DNA of 55,962 nt, the filler included, from Basidiobolus ranarum (Eukaryota), in assembly GCA_040143965.1 (NCBI GenBank). It is 5 parts of 5 records of this genome, joined end to end, with 100 filler letters (N's around TTAATTAATTAA, not from the genome) between each part and the next. Parts side by side here need not be neighbours in the genome. Positions count along the whole stretch, not along the records: positions 22,464 to 33,571 come from JASJQH010007512.1; positions 33,672 to 44,773 come from JASJQH010007513.1; 3 more parts are not named here. One strand, given 5' to 3'. Below are positions 24,304 to 37,173 of the stretch, piece after piece. A program made the position numbers and the translations under genes. The notes below the pieces were generated by a model. It made no database searches, had not been told where the DNA came from, and saw only the letters and a list, made by a program, of their open reading frames with translations. How positions within the stretch are numbered: the first letter of the stretch is position 1; every line of letters begins with the position of its first letter.

Positions 24304-27300
24304 TTATTTGATAATCAACTTATTGTTGTACTGATCATACCAGTCTAATGTGGATTGACTCAATGATGGTTTAACCACCTCCAAGGCCTTATCGAAATGG
24401 TCCATAGACTAAAAATATAATCAGGTAAGTAATCCCTTTTCCCCGAAATCCCTGGCAACTTGAGGGACTGGTAATAAGTTGTTAGCTACATACCACTTGC
24501 GTAGCTCCACGCATCTCACGCAATGCGATCATAGCTGCTTCACGGCAGGTGTTCTTAAGATCAGCACCTGTGTATCTGTCAGTCTGTATAGAAGTAAATA
24601 TATTATTACTCCTATCTACATATGCAAACTATTCGTTTAAAAGTATTAAGAATTTACCTTGTTTGCGATGTCCTCTAACTTGACATCATCTTTTAACGGC
24701 GTATCTTGCGCATGAATCTTCAGAATTTGCAGCCTTGCTGAGTAATCAGGTGGTGGTACCTTGATATAAAGCATATACATTGTTAGCCAGTAACTGTTGA
24801 GTAGCCACATGAAATGTGCTATTTCATACTTACATATACTAAACGATCAAATCTTCCAGGCCGCATCAATGCAGCATCGAGTAAGTCAGGTCTATTGGTT
24901 GCACCCTGAGAACATGTGAGTCACTAAACAATGTAAATCGGGGCTGCTTGTAACAATAACTTACCACAACTAGTACCGAGTTCGCGGATTCTACACCATC
25001 CATTTCATTTAGTAACATTGACAATACTCTTTCTTGTACGCTATCTCCGCCCCCAGATCCAGTCTGAAATTGTCTAGCACCAACGATAGCCTCAATCTCA
25101 TCAAAGAAAATGATTGATGGAGCGCCGGCACGTGCTCGTTGGAATACTGTTCTGACTAATGGGAGTTTTGTATTAGAAATGTCATTAGAAATATCATATT
25201 CAAGGAAAGTAATTGAGATGTAATTTTGTATTAGGAATGTCATTAGAAATATCATATTCAAGGAAAGTAATTGAGATGTAACTTACTGGCTTTTTCGGAA
25301 TCACCTACGAATGGCGAATACAGTGCTGCTCCATTGACTGAGAAAAAACTAGCCCCAGAGGTAGTTGCTATCACCTAGATGGAAGAAATAAATGGTAGAG
25401 AAAAGCCCAATAAGTTTTGAGTAAAATCATGATAATTTACAGAGCAATCAAGCCATTCAAACTGAATATACCTTTACTAAAGTGGTCTTGCTACATCCAG
25501 GGGGTCCATACAGCAATATCCCTCTAGGTGCACGTAAACCAAGTCGCTCGAATGTGGCTCCATAAGTAATAGGCCACTCCACCGCTTGTTTCAGTTTTTC
25601 TTTTACTTCCTCAAGCCCACCTACATCTTCCCATTTGGTACTAGTTACTTCCACAGTTAATCCACGCTGCATTGATGGATTTACTTGAGTCAGAGCTGCT
25701 TGGAGATCTTCCATATCTACCTGTGGACTGGTTTCATTTTAAGTCGATGATTGTATGGTACTAGGATTAATAAAATGGTGTATACTCATTAGAGGCCTCT
25801 AGTAGGCCACGATGCACTGCATGCATTACTGCTTCTCTAGTCAAGGACGATAAATCTGCACCGACAAAGCCATTGGTCATTGCGGCAATGGTTTCTTCAT
25901 GAATAAAGAGAAAGGTAAAAGCCATTAAATTAGTAGGTAAACTTCATTTTGTGATTTGCACAACTTTCCGCCTACTTAGATTTACATCTGAAGATGTTGG
26001 TACATTTTTCAGTAGTCCTCGAAGGATTCTTGCTCTAGCATCTTCAGAAGGCACATCGATGGCTACTTCTCGGTCAAATCTACAGTTCTCTAGTTAACCT
26101 ACAAATTCTCCAAAACAATTTAAACAGGAAATACCTTCCGGGTCTTCTCAATGCTGGATCGATGGCGTTTGGTCGATTCGTAGCTCCGACTACTACCAAT
26201 TTCCCGCGAGATTTGAGTCCATCCATAAGAGTAAGTAATTGAGCAACGACTCTTGACTCATGTAGCTGAGAGTCCGAACGATTAGGTGTAAGTGAGTCCT
26301 ATGGGTACCACGAGGGAAGTTAGTTTGGCTGGAGCTTTACGCTTTTAGATTATTTCAAAAATATTACTATCTCATCGATGAAAAGTAAGCAAGGTCGATC
26401 TGATTGCTCCGACAGTATCGAAGCTTCCGAGAATTTTTTCCGAAGTCTCTCTTCGCTCTCGCCGGGGTATGGACTAAAGATTTCTGGTCCATGTAAACTT
26501 ACCTAAACGAATAAGTCAACACAAACCATTTGGATGATTTTAATTCCAAGCTGTTACCATATGAGCATTTGTAGCTTCGCTCACGCTTCGTACTAGCAGG
26601 GTTTTACCCACTCCAGGAGGCCCATGTAAAAGTACACCTTAAAAGCCAATTATGTACAGGTTTAATTGGTATTCCTTTTTCAACTTATTCAGGTGAACTT
26701 ACCTTTGGGACACTCAATGCCAAGCTCTGTAAACTTATCAGCATACTTTAGAGGATAACTAACGAGTTCTAGCAGCCCTTGATATGCTTTTTCTAATCCA
26801 GGTAAAGTATTGGAGTGTTCTTGAGTTTCAATTGAAATTTTGGCAAGTGATCCGGCAAGTTCATCAGTGGCAATGTCCACTTTACGTTCCGCAGTGATTT
26901 CTTCCTTTTTCAAGAGTTTGATCTGGGTAATATTGCTTATGAGAACAGGTTGATCCCGGGGAATAGTTTCATGTATCTAAAGATACCATAAAGGATGAGT
27001 AGGTGCAGATACTTATATTAAAGGGACTATTCATCTATCAAGCCAAAATAGCAAATACATACATGTATACTCAAGCTTTTCCCTGAAACACCAGCGCCGA
27101 TCACGGTATCTTTAGAAGCAAGCACGTCTTGGAGCATGTTTCTCAAGGCCTAGTGTTGGTTATGGTTTAAGTCATATATATGAAGTATTGGAGAGGTACA
27201 TTATATCACACGAACATGAATCTGAACGGTTTTCGGAGCGCCAGTAAATGAGTAACCGAGATCTTGGAACATAACTTCCGGTTCTTGAATGTTAACTGAG

Positions 27301-27774
27301 ACCTTGATCTCCGTCGCTTTAAGAGCATTAGGCCGTATAGGTGTAATAGTACCTATTGAGAAGAGTTTGCCCAAAATCAAACTTTGTAATAAGTATTTCG
27401 AGAGCCTTAATTAAAGTATAAACTTGCGATTTAAAGTGAACATTTTCTCCTTACATTTGTTTCTCTCTATGAATTTCACGTGTTCGTTTCTTTTTCTAAT
27501 TAAGGTATTTATCCTAATGGTTCGAGTATTGAGTTCCGTAGAAGGCCAGACTTTACAATAATATGTCTTGGTTGAGTAAGAAATTAGTCTATAATTCATT
27601 TCCTATTATTCTTTAATTGCTGTCTATTTCTACCTCTTCAGAGGTGGTTACTTCAAGCCACTGATTAACTCGTATATTTAGTAGTCGGATAAGATCCAAG
27701 GAGATCTCACAAGTGTTTAAACTTGAAGGAGTACTGAGTAGTATATAGTCGAAAATTAACTCTGAGGTTGACAT
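24304..27774 (-). CDS. SPATA5L1: Double-AAA ATPase SPATA5L1/AFG2B (ribosome biogenesis), multi-exon
   Basis: D1 [14 protein letters not shown]2 [27 protein letters not shown] and [15 protein letters not shown] (SPATA5L1-type signatures); N-terminal YCKVWP; many GT-AG introns; ends YNNKLIIK*. Confidence 0.85.
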
Positions 27775-28132
27775 GGTCAAACTGAGTGAACACAAGTAAC
27801 AACAAGCTTGAGATAGTTTAAATTCTCTAATAAATGTCAGTTAAATCTCGATTTAATCAGCAACAAATTGAGACGAGTAATTATAGCACGATAAAGATTT
27901 CAAGATAATTTAGGGTGTGTAAATATTTAGTGTAAATGAGGTATTAACATCAAGTCAAGTAAACAGCTAACCAATACACCAATACTTTACATTACGTATT
28001 TGATACCTTTACCAGAAGACTTCTTCTAGTTGCCAAAGCCCAAGGTAATTTATTTTTAACCAAATCTTTCACGTTTGTTTCGTTAAAACGGTTAAATTTG
28101 AGGGTATTAATTGGCTGATTTCTATTTAAAGA
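27775..28132. promoter_or_regulatory. Short bidirectional promoter shared by SPATA5L1 and PDK1, with a probable PDK1 5'-UTR intron (28046-28131)
   Basis: Divergent ATGs 358 bp apart; AG|GTAATT...GCTGAT...AAAG immediately before the PDK1 ATG. Confidence 0.55.
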
Positions 28133-30332
28133 ATGCTCGAAATACCGGATCAACCTTCTTCAGGTACTGAGCCTACACAACCAAAATCGGAAGAAACTAA
28201 GGAGGAACCTTCCTCCAACATCTCATCATCCGATTCAGGTGCACTTGAAAATGGCAATCAACCTACACCCTCCACTCCTGTACTTTCTCCAAGTCTTTCA
28301 TCTGCCTCTCGCAAGAGAACCCCTAAAGATTTCAGTTTTGGGCGTGTACTTGGAGAAGGGTCATATTCAACTGTAAGACTTCTTTCCTGTGACAATAAAT
28401 TATTTACTTTACTAAAGAGTTTTTTGAACAGGTATATTCAGCAATAGAATATACTAGCGGACGAGAATTTGCAGTGAAGGTATTAGATAAACGACACATT
28501 ATTAAGGAGAAGAAAGTGAAATACGTAACCATAGAGAAGAGTACTTTGAGTAAACTTCACCATCCATTTATTGTTCGGTTACACTTTACCTTTCAAGACA
28601 ACTCGAGTTTGTGTATCCATTTTTGCAATTGACTTTCAGATTATTATTCGAATGCGAAATATTCCCTTCACTCTAAACCTCTAGATTATGTTCTAGATTA
28701 TGCTCAAAATGGTGAGCTCCTTTCTTACATTCGTAAGGTAACTTATTACCAATATTTCCCGAGTCTTCGATTTGTCCGCCTTTCTTACACAATACATTGT
28801 AATAGCTTGGGTCCTTCGATGAAAATTGCACACGATTCTATGTAGCTGAGATCATTACTGCTATGGAATACATTCACTCTCAAGGGATCATCCACAGGTA
28901 AACTAAATTCCAATTTATCATGAAAGAAAAGCGGAATCAACTCAATTTTGAATGTTTCTCCACCTTAGGGATTTAAAGCCTGAAAAGTAAAGATCTCCTT
29001 TCCGTTTGAACATAGTTCCATAGTTCACTAATTTATCCACATCAAGTATTCTTCTTGATAATAAGATGCACATTAAATTGACAGATTTTGGAACTGCTAA
29101 AATTTTGGAGGAAGCTTCGGAGATTACATCCGAGGAACTAAGTAAGTAAGAGTTTTAAACTGGCCCAGATATCCATCTGACCTTGAATCCTTTGGTCAGT
29201 GGAAGAGAGAACTAGTTCATTCGTAGGCACAGCCGAATACGTTTCTCCCGAATTGTTAACGGACAAGGCAGTCAGCAAAAGGTTGGAATGGATTTGACTA
29301 CATAGCTTGCATTCTCATACTAACTCTATTTACCCACATATAGTGCGGATTTTTGGGCTTTGGGATGTATTATTTATCAACTCTTAGCTGGAAGACCGCC
29401 ATTTAAAGGGGCTAACGAATACCAGACATTCCAAAAGATCATCAAATTGGACTACACTTTCCCAGTAGGATTTCCAAAGATCGCACAAGATCTCGTAGAA
29501 CAACTTTTGGTAAGTTAATTCAACCTTCTTCAGGTCCAGTCAGCTCAACTGATTCTTTTGAAAACCTAGATCGCTGATCCACAAAAACGCGCTGGTTGTG
29601 ACGCGGGTGGTATTGAAAAGTTGAAAAATCATCCATTCTTTGAGGGAATAAACTGGCACGATCTTCACAAGCAAGAAGCACCAAAATTGGTTCCTTACTT
29701 ACCACCTAATCCTGAGCATAATGTGGAGGAACTGCGCAGTACTGAACCAGATTATGTGCATCCACCCACACAACCTTCTTTAACTGAGCAAGATCCATTC
29801 GAAGAACCTAGAGCATCGATTGATCCAACTCATGATCCAGAGAGGGCACAAAAGCTCCAGGAACAAAGAAAGTCCAAATGGTAGGGTCCAGTATCCTCAG
29901 CGTACACTTCAGCCAATGAATATTAAGTGAAGATTTTATAGGTCCTCCTTTTTATTAGAGTCAGAGTTGATAGTTAAATCCAGTAAATTAACCAAGCGAC
30001 GAGGCCTTTTCTCCAAGAAGCGCATACTAATTCTGACCGATTTCCCAAGACTGATCTATATTAATGAAGATAAGATGACTCAAGCAGGAGAGATCACTTG
30101 GTCTAAGCGGTTGCTACCCGAATATAAGAATAAGAAACACTTTTTTGTACATACTGTAAGATCTACTTTCCTCAAATATTGGTATCCGAACTTTGAATAC
30201 TGATACCCAAAATTATCTATCTTCTAGCCTAACAAAACCCATTATTTCGAGGATTCTACTGGTAACGCTCTACAGTGGGTCGATAGCATAAACCAGTTAT
30301 TGAAGAAATCATTTGATCATTCGGGCAATTAA
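28133..30332 (+). CDS. PDK1: 3-phosphoinositide-dependent protein kinase 1 (PDK1/Ksg1/Pkh-type) with C-terminal PH domain, multi-exon
   Basis: LGEGSYSTV, KVLDKRHIIKEKKVKYV, HRDLKPENILL, DFGTAK, SFVGTAEYVSPELL, and PH-type KRRGLFSKKRILILTD assembled across GT-AG introns. Confidence 0.95.
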
Positions 30333-30567
30333 TGCATTCCAATTGTTGGCATTCACTCCCGACACATATATCTCTTTAGACATAACCAACTATTATCTTT
30401 TCTGAAGACTTGGAATAAAGGAGTCAACTATGAGTTAATAAACAGTTCAGACATCGGTACCTAGTAAAAGAATATAGCTTATCGATTATAAGAGAGCCAG
30501 CAAATATTCTCACTAACGTGATATGAGTGTTTATTGGATGAATGGTCATGAAAGGGTATTGAGGTGT

Positions 30568-31881
30568 TTAGATTTTTTCCAAAGCATTGACTAGGTTTTG
30601 TAAATCACTCTTTATATTATGTGCGTATTTTACTACTTTATCGCGAGTATCCAATACTTCAACAGTTTCGGTGTAAGGATTGTAACGAACGTCGAATGGT
30701 CGGTTGAGCTCTCGAGCAAACTCTCGTACTTTATCTTTAGCGTCTTTAAAGCTTTCAGCAACAAAGTACACTGGTTGATAGTCTGTAATGGGGTATTTTT
30801 GCACAGCCGCTTTGGATGGATCAAAGGGTAGTGTTGTGGGTTTATCCGATAAGCAGTACTCCAACTCTCCAAACGACGACAGTAAACCAGCACCGAACGC
30901 CCTAACTTCATCTCCTTGTTTACAAAGACCAAATTCCACCGTAAACCAATAGATGGTTGCCAACTTTTCGATATCCTCATCACTGGCTCCTAGGGATGCG
31001 AGACCAATTTCTTGTGAGAAGTCAGCGAAATCTTGATTTGCGAATAATGGTACATGCCCTAAGAGTTCATGGCAGCAATCTGGCTCTGGTGTATATAAGG
31101 GTCTGGAATGATGTCGAACATACTGTGTGGAATGAAATACTCGAAATGCTAAGCCATTTAAGAAATCTCTTGATGTGAGTAAACCCATGACTGGACGTAA
31201 CGAGAATCCGGTGCAGTCTTTTAAAAAACGGGAAATATCATCGATCTGTGGAATATTATCTTCACGATATCCACAATTTTCAATCAGCAAAGGAAACACA
31301 TATTGATGTTCGCGACAAGCATGAGTGGGATACATCGCGGTAAGTTTACGGAACACTGCCGCCCATGTGGCGATTTCCTGATCGGTGTACTCAATTCTAG
31401 GTAGTGGTTCGCCATGGTGGTAGGTGCGAGCAATACGAGTGATTTCGGCACGACGAGCACGGTAGACTGGATCCTTGGCACCTGGATGATCAGAGCTTAA
31501 TTCTTCACCCATTTCCAATACTTTCTCTGCAAAGCTATCTAAATCCGATTTCTTTCTTGGAAACCAGGGAACACTGTTGCCGGCCGGGTTAGAAGCACCG
31601 GTACTAACCACCTTGACATTCCCAGATACCTTTTCCAAACATTCAACCACCGTTTGAACGGTAGTTAAGTTGCTGGTGAAGAAATCCACAAAGAAATCGT
31701 AATCCCAGTCACCAGTGTTGCTAGGACGTGATTCGATACGGGTTAGAGAGACATTCAATTGGTTGATCGCTTTAAGAGCTTCATCAAGAATACCAACTCT
31801 ATCATTGACTGAGAACAGTAGAGTAATACGCATGGAGGGATTTCCATTGGCAATTCCGTTAGTGTTGCTCTTTTGATCCAT
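30568..31881 (-). CDS. PAH: Phenylalanine 4-hydroxylase (ACT + catalytic domain), intronless
   Basis: [45 protein letters not shown] and [11 protein letters not shown] (PAH-type Phe); first ATG at 31881. Confidence 0.95.
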   Translation of the reverse strand: MDQKSNTNGIANGNPSMRITLLFSVNDRVGILDEALKAINQLNVSLTRIESRPSNTGDWDYDFFVDFFTSNLTTVQTVVECLEKVSGNVKVVSTGASNPAGNSVPWFPRKKSDLDSFAEKVLEMGEELSSDHPGAKDPVYRARRAEITRIARTYHHGEPLPRIEYTDQEIATWAAVFRKLTAMYPTHACREHQYVFPLLIENCGYREDNIPQIDDISRFLKDCTGFSLRPVMGLLTSRDFLNGLAFRVFHSTQYVRHHSRPLYTPEPDCCHELLGHVPLFANQDFADFSQEIGLASLGASDEDIEKLATIYWFTVEFGLCKQGDEVRAFGAGLLSSFGELEYCLSDKPTTLPFDPSKAAVQKYPITDYQPVYFVAESFKDAKDKVREFARELNRPFDVRYNPYTETVEVLDTRDKVVKYAHNIKSDLQNLVNALEKI

Positions 31882-32477
31882 ACTAAAAGAGGAGGGTTGT
31901 GACTGTTTCAAAGGAAGGGAGAATAACAAAATCTCATGGCTGGCATCTGTTTATAAGAGGCATGATTAAATCAGAGTCAATCATGTGGACGTGGGAAGAT
32001 ACGAAGGTCATATGCTTGCTGTTCTATGAGAGCAAATAGAATCGAGCAAGCTGATAAAACAGGAGCCAAAAAGCAATATAAATTAGCGTACAATATGTAG
32101 ACCTGTGCTTGACATTACGTCGTTGGCATTGGGAACAGGAAACCTTGTCGATGCTTCACAAATAGTGAAAGATTCCCACAGATCACAAAGCCAAGAAGAC
32201 GAGGTGTATCAGTTGGATAGTTATGACTGGCGAAGATCCATGATCTGATACATGGCAGTGATCTCATCTTCCCAGGATGAAGAATTTTCATTGTAACACG
32301 AACAGTCATCCATTTGACACAAGATTGGGAGGCATTGTCTTTGTAGCAATGATAGGACTGCAAAAGATATTTATTGCGGGTAAATGCTAAGAGAATCACT
32401 ATCTTGATGGGGGCTGCTTGTATATACTTTGCAAAGGAATAATCATGATGATGTAACATCAAGGGGGATTTACAACC

Positions 32478-33038
32478 TCAGTAGCAGGAGATGGACTGAC
32501 CCTCAACACCATGGCATTTGGTTCCTGATGAGCATTGACGTGTTACCCATCTACCAAACACACATTGATCGAAATCATTACCATTGCAACGATATTCACC
32601 TGATTGACATTCACCTGAGGGTGGGACTGGTGAAGCAGAAGAAAACGGCCTCTCTGTCCCTGTAGTCACTGCGATTTGAGTTGTAGTGGTCAATGCGGAC
32701 ACTAATGTAGGGCTTACAAAAGACGTGGATGTAACAGTGATGGTACTATCATAACTGATGGACGAGGCTGTAGGTAAGACGCATGGAATTGTAACAGTCA
32801 CAGTCACAGTGTCTTCACAACTCTCAGTAGGGGATTCCTGTGTTGTATCTGAAGTAGCAGTCTCGGTAACAGTAATTGTATAGTCGCTATCAGTTGGCTC
32901 CACGCCTCCTGGACTGGTAGTTGTCACCCATACTGTGGAAGTAGAATTAGAATTCGTCGGAACAGTACCTTGTGCTAGAATGGTAGTAACGCTACAGAGG
33001 GAGAAGATAACCGAACTGAGAAAAGTCTTAAGTAGCAT
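32478..33038 (-). CDS. Secreted Ser/Thr-rich protein with C-terminal CBM19-like chitin-binding module
   Basis: Signal peptide, Thr-rich stalk, CQSGEYRCNGNDFDQCVFGRWVTRQCSSGTKC. Confidence 0.8.
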   Translation of the reverse strand: MLLKTFLSSVIFSLCSVTTILAQGTVPTNSNSTSTVWVTTTSPGGVEPTDSDYTITVTETATSDTTQESPTESCEDTVTVTVTIPCVLPTASSISYDSTITVTSTSFVSPTLVSALTTTTQIAVTTGTERPFSSASPVPPSGECQSGEYRCNGNDFDQCVFGRWVTRQCSSGTKCHGVEGQSISCY

Positions 33039-33571
33039 GATCGTTAGTAGGTGAGATAGAACCTCTACTTACATTATATACTGGCACTTTACATGATTCA
33101 TTACATATCTTTTTGCCATTCACCTTGTCTACAAGTAGCCATTACAATAGAGATGAAATCTCGTCACTCCACTTCGATTGACGTGTGATGATTTGCAATG
33201 GCTTAGTTGATGCTTCGACAAGAAAATATTAAGAATATTTCAATATTACTGATGTTTGTTAAAACTCGGCGCAGAATACTAGGCTGTGCTAAATGTTCAC
33301 ATCTTGGCAAATATTTCAGCCAACTGTGACAGTCTTAATATGGTATTTGTAAGAAATCGAGAGCTCGAGCTTGTGAAGTCTACATAAAAAAAGAAGCTGA
33401 CTAACTGCTAAATCAGAAGGATGATCAAAAACTACACTGTTTGGAGGGCTGATAAAGGGCTGATGTGATCCAAGGGCATATAGTGAGGGGCAAATATGAT
33501 GATTCAATAGATGCGAAAGGTTTTCGAATAATAAAACGGATGGATTAATTTTTATTTGTTGACAATGATTT

Positions 33572-33671
33572 NNNNNNNNNNNNNNNNNNNNNNNNNNNNN
33601 NNNNNNNNNNNNNNNTTAATTAATTAANNNNNNNNNNNNNNNNNNNNNNNNNNNNNNNNNNNNNNNNNNNN
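33572..33671. other. Artificial contig linker
   Basis: N44-TTAATTAATTAA-N44. Confidence 0.98.
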
Positions 33672-33844
33672 CTAGCACAGCCAAAAAGCCAGTATACCAA
33701 GGCAATGCCCTTTTCTAATTGAGGCGCATAGATCTTGACCAAACAATAAATGTCAACAGAATACTCAATAAATTACTAAGTGAAAACCACTAATTTCTCT
33801 ACTTCTCCAAAGCCACTTCCAAAAGGCTCCCAAATACTTTAACA
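33672..33844 (-). mobile_element. Partial LTR, family A variant (reverse orientation)
   Basis: Reverse complement of the first half of 34167-34510, including the extra AAAAGGGCATTGCCTTGGT segment; ends TTTAACA. Confidence 0.8.
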
Positions 33845-34166
33845 AAAATATCCCGTACTGAGTTTTCAGCTTTCTTAGAACCACAGTAACACATCTGTGT
33901 TGAAACTCTCTTTCATTTCACAAATCAGTATGCATAATTACAGTAAGCACATGTCAAATATTTATTCCAGCATTCCTGACTACTTGAACATATCTCAAGC
34001 ACCAAACACACTTGTATGCAAGTATCACATTTGAGTAACTAACCCCGCTTCAATGAGAAATAGCATGCCTACAAATGGTTACTATATTGAAGGTATACAA
34101 GTCTCAGAATATATGCAAAGTTAAACTGCCATTCAATAACCTATGCAAAGTGGTAAATGTTGTCTC

Positions 34167-34510
34167 TGTTGAAGTATTTTGGGTGCTTATTGGAAGTGCT
34201 TTGGAGAAGTAGAGAAATTAGTGGTTTTTACTTAGTAATTTATTGAGTATTCAGTTGACATTTATAGTTTGGTCAAGATCTATGAGCCTCAAATATAAAA
34301 GGGCATTGCCTTGGTAAACTAACGTGTAGAATGTGTTAAGAAAGGTCGCATGAACATGTGTACAAAGTTTGGGGCTTCTTTGAAAAGTCTATATATCTGA
34401 GAATTCTAATTGCTCTTGAGAATAATGGGTGATATCTTAACTCAATATAAGATACTAAATACTAAGCTATATATAACTATATAGGTGTTTAGGCAATTCT
34501 AACTTCAACA
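34167..34510 (+). mobile_element. Solo LTR, family A variant
   Basis: TGTTGAAG...CTTCAACA, TSD GTCTC/GTTTC. Confidence 0.88.
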
Positions 34511-35914
34511 GTTTCCTCTAACTTTTCCTACTATTCTTAACATTGATTTTCTGCTAGTGGCTGTCTTGGTAATTTTTGCTTGTATTACACTAGTGCTAAG
34601 TGTGACATCTCGCATAGTCAAATTGCCCTCCAGATTACTTCTATTGTACTACAGGATATCTGAATGAAATCTACTTTAGATGAATAACATAACTTACAGT
34701 CTATTAATAGACATCATTCAGGCACACTATTATTTCATTTCTCAAAGAACCTTCTACAAGACCAAAGTGTAGTAAGCAAAATTTTTTTTACCAAGCCCTG
34801 GGTTTACTTGCTTTAGCTAGAGGTGCAAGTTAATGTTTTGCATTATAGCAAAAATCCCAGTGGAGTGCAAAAATGAATATTGTTATCCGAATGTGTATTC
34901 TGTAATACTTGATCCACAATGCCCTCAAGATGACACAAAGGTTTTTAACTGATGTCAAATGTTCAGATTCAGGACTTGGAAGCTGTAAGCTGATGATCCT
35001 CATTTCGTAAGCTACACATAGAGGAATCTAAACGTATTGAACAATATATATACTATCCTTATGCGTCCAATTCTACAATAAAGAATATCCTCATGGTGCT
35101 CATCCGAAATTGGAAACTCAGTTCATATTTGGTAAATATACCAGAATTAGCAAAGTTGCATTTGAAATTTCAAACATATCTCACTATCATCGAGGTCGCA
35201 CGTTTAACACCGACCATTATACTGAATATAGCACCCTATTGTTACCAATAAAGCATCGTTCTCATCTGGTAGTAGTATATGTTTACCAAGCGTGGTAGGA
35301 CTAAGTATTCCATGATGAAGCTTGATTGGTCCAATAGCTAGCCATATATAATGACAGAAAGTTGACGAAATATCTCAACACTATATCATGTAATGTTGGG
35401 AAAATCAGTTGTTGAAAATCGATAGTTGCTCATTTAAAGATTAATCTAGGGTGCTTTCATTTACATTGTTAATTCTTGAAAAATTTTACCCAGTTACAAT
35501 AATACCTTGACATGGTGTCATCGACAAATGATGGCAAAATGAATCATTAATTAGTTAACAAGCAATAAATTTCATCAAGTATATTCCAGGTATTTTCAAA
35601 GAAAAAAGTTCACCTTAAAATGGTGCTTTTGTTTGATGAGATACTCTTTAAGTTAGCACCTTGATATAGTTACATTGTTGATACATAACTGATACGATGC
35701 TACGTAATTGTTCCGAGAATCTGCACAATCTGCTAAAGCCACTTGCCACTCTTGATGTATCGTGTATTACATGAATTTCAATCCAGATTGGACCAACCTT
35801 AATGCGAGGCGCTTTCGTAACGATGTGTTTGACTTTGCTTGGCAGTTGTTTCGAGTTTTCCCATAAAACCACTGAACTTGACTGTATTCTGCTAACCTGC
35901 TTGTAGAAGCGATC

Positions 35915-36100
35915 ATGAAGGTATCTTTTCAATACATTTCCTGGTTCACTTTGAGTAGCTTTCTATCGGTTGTGCAAGCTCATCCTTTGGAGCTCTCCAA
36001 ACTTGCCAAATTGGTACCTTTCTTAGATCCGCCCTCATACATGTTACATGACAAGGATATTAGCATCAGTCATCTTGACGATTTCAGTTTGAACCTCTAA
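35915..36100 (+). CDS. Putative small secreted peptide (61 aa)
   Basis: MKVSFQYISWFTLSSFLSVVQA|HP looks like a signal peptide; no recognisable domain. Confidence 0.4.
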   Translation: MKVSFQYISWFTLSSFLSVVQAHPLELSKLAKLVPFLDPPSYMLHDKDISISHLDDFSLNL

Positions 36101-36690
36101 AGACCTGTCTTTATCTAAAATTAGTATAAAACAAACACTAACCTAACCCAACTGAGCTAGTTCTCAAAATGAAATGCTGGATAGTATGGGCTAACTTGAT
36201 TTCTTCATGGCCACTACGTCATTTCATCCTACATATTAATGTTTTCGCCCTGCCAATTCCTGATTCATCTTGATGCTAAACTTTTGTGAATTGTAAGACG
36301 GTAGTTTTATATTATTATCTCATTGATTGGTGACATAGTCGTACATCAGAAAGTCAATGACGTATTGAATGGTCACACGCGGCTTTACCTATTTGCTGGT
36401 GACCTATGTCCAATAAATGGTCCTCGGCTAAATAGAGAAGAGTAGTTGTCCTGCAAGATAATGTAATAGATACATGATTACGTATTGGTGCGTTAACACC
36501 GATGTGCCCATGGTGACCTGATGCACAAATAATCTGTTTTCAGATTATTCGCACAAACGTTAGTACTCATTTGGTGTTATGTGTATTAGTAATTTTGTTG
36601 TTTATTATAATTCATATAGTATTTACATATTTACACATATTTATATCTATCGAATGCAAAGGGAAACTGATGCTTTAATAAAGAAGTGAT

Positions 36691-37173
36691 CTATTCATTC
36701 AGTAGGAACTCTAAACTCATTAGAGATGTGCTAGCGATGTCTGAGTTGGCTGGTGAAGAAGACCTCTCGGAGCCTGAAGGGCAAGTTTCATATGATTCAC
36801 TATCAGAATAAGATCCATCGGAGCCAGAGCAGTGTGATAATGATTTTCCACTCCCGAGTGTATGTGTACGCATATGTCTTGCCAATTGATCAGTTCTAGC
36901 AAAACTTTTATCACACGAGGAAACCTCACATTTATGGGGCCTTTCACCGGTGTGTGTACGTAAATGACGAGTAAGATTATCATATCTGTAAAATGCCCGC
37001 TTACAGATGTGACAATGTACTAGCTTTCGACAATGTTTGGAAGTCCTTTTAGATTCCGTAGTGGTTTGTCTGTGTTGGAGTTTGAATACCCTGATTGGCA
37101 TTTCTTGAGTATTTCCCTGTGGGATACTATTGGTAATCCATCTTGTTTGGGCGGCTTGATCGATTTGAAGCAT
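36691..37173 (-). CDS. Two-finger C2H2 transcription factor (Mig1/CreA/EGR-like fingers)
   Basis: CHICKRAFYRYDNLTRHLRTHTGERPHKCEVSSCDKSFARTDQLARHMRTH; C-terminal MSLEFLLN motif; first ATG at 37173. Confidence 0.88.
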   Translation of the reverse strand: MLQIDQAAQTRWITNSIPQGNTQEMPIRVFKLQHRQTTTESKRTSKHCRKLVHCHICKRAFYRYDNLTRHLRTHTGERPHKCEVSSCDKSFARTDQLARHMRTHTLGSGKSLSHCSGSDGSYSDSESYETCPSGSERSSSPANSDIASTSLMSLEFLLNE

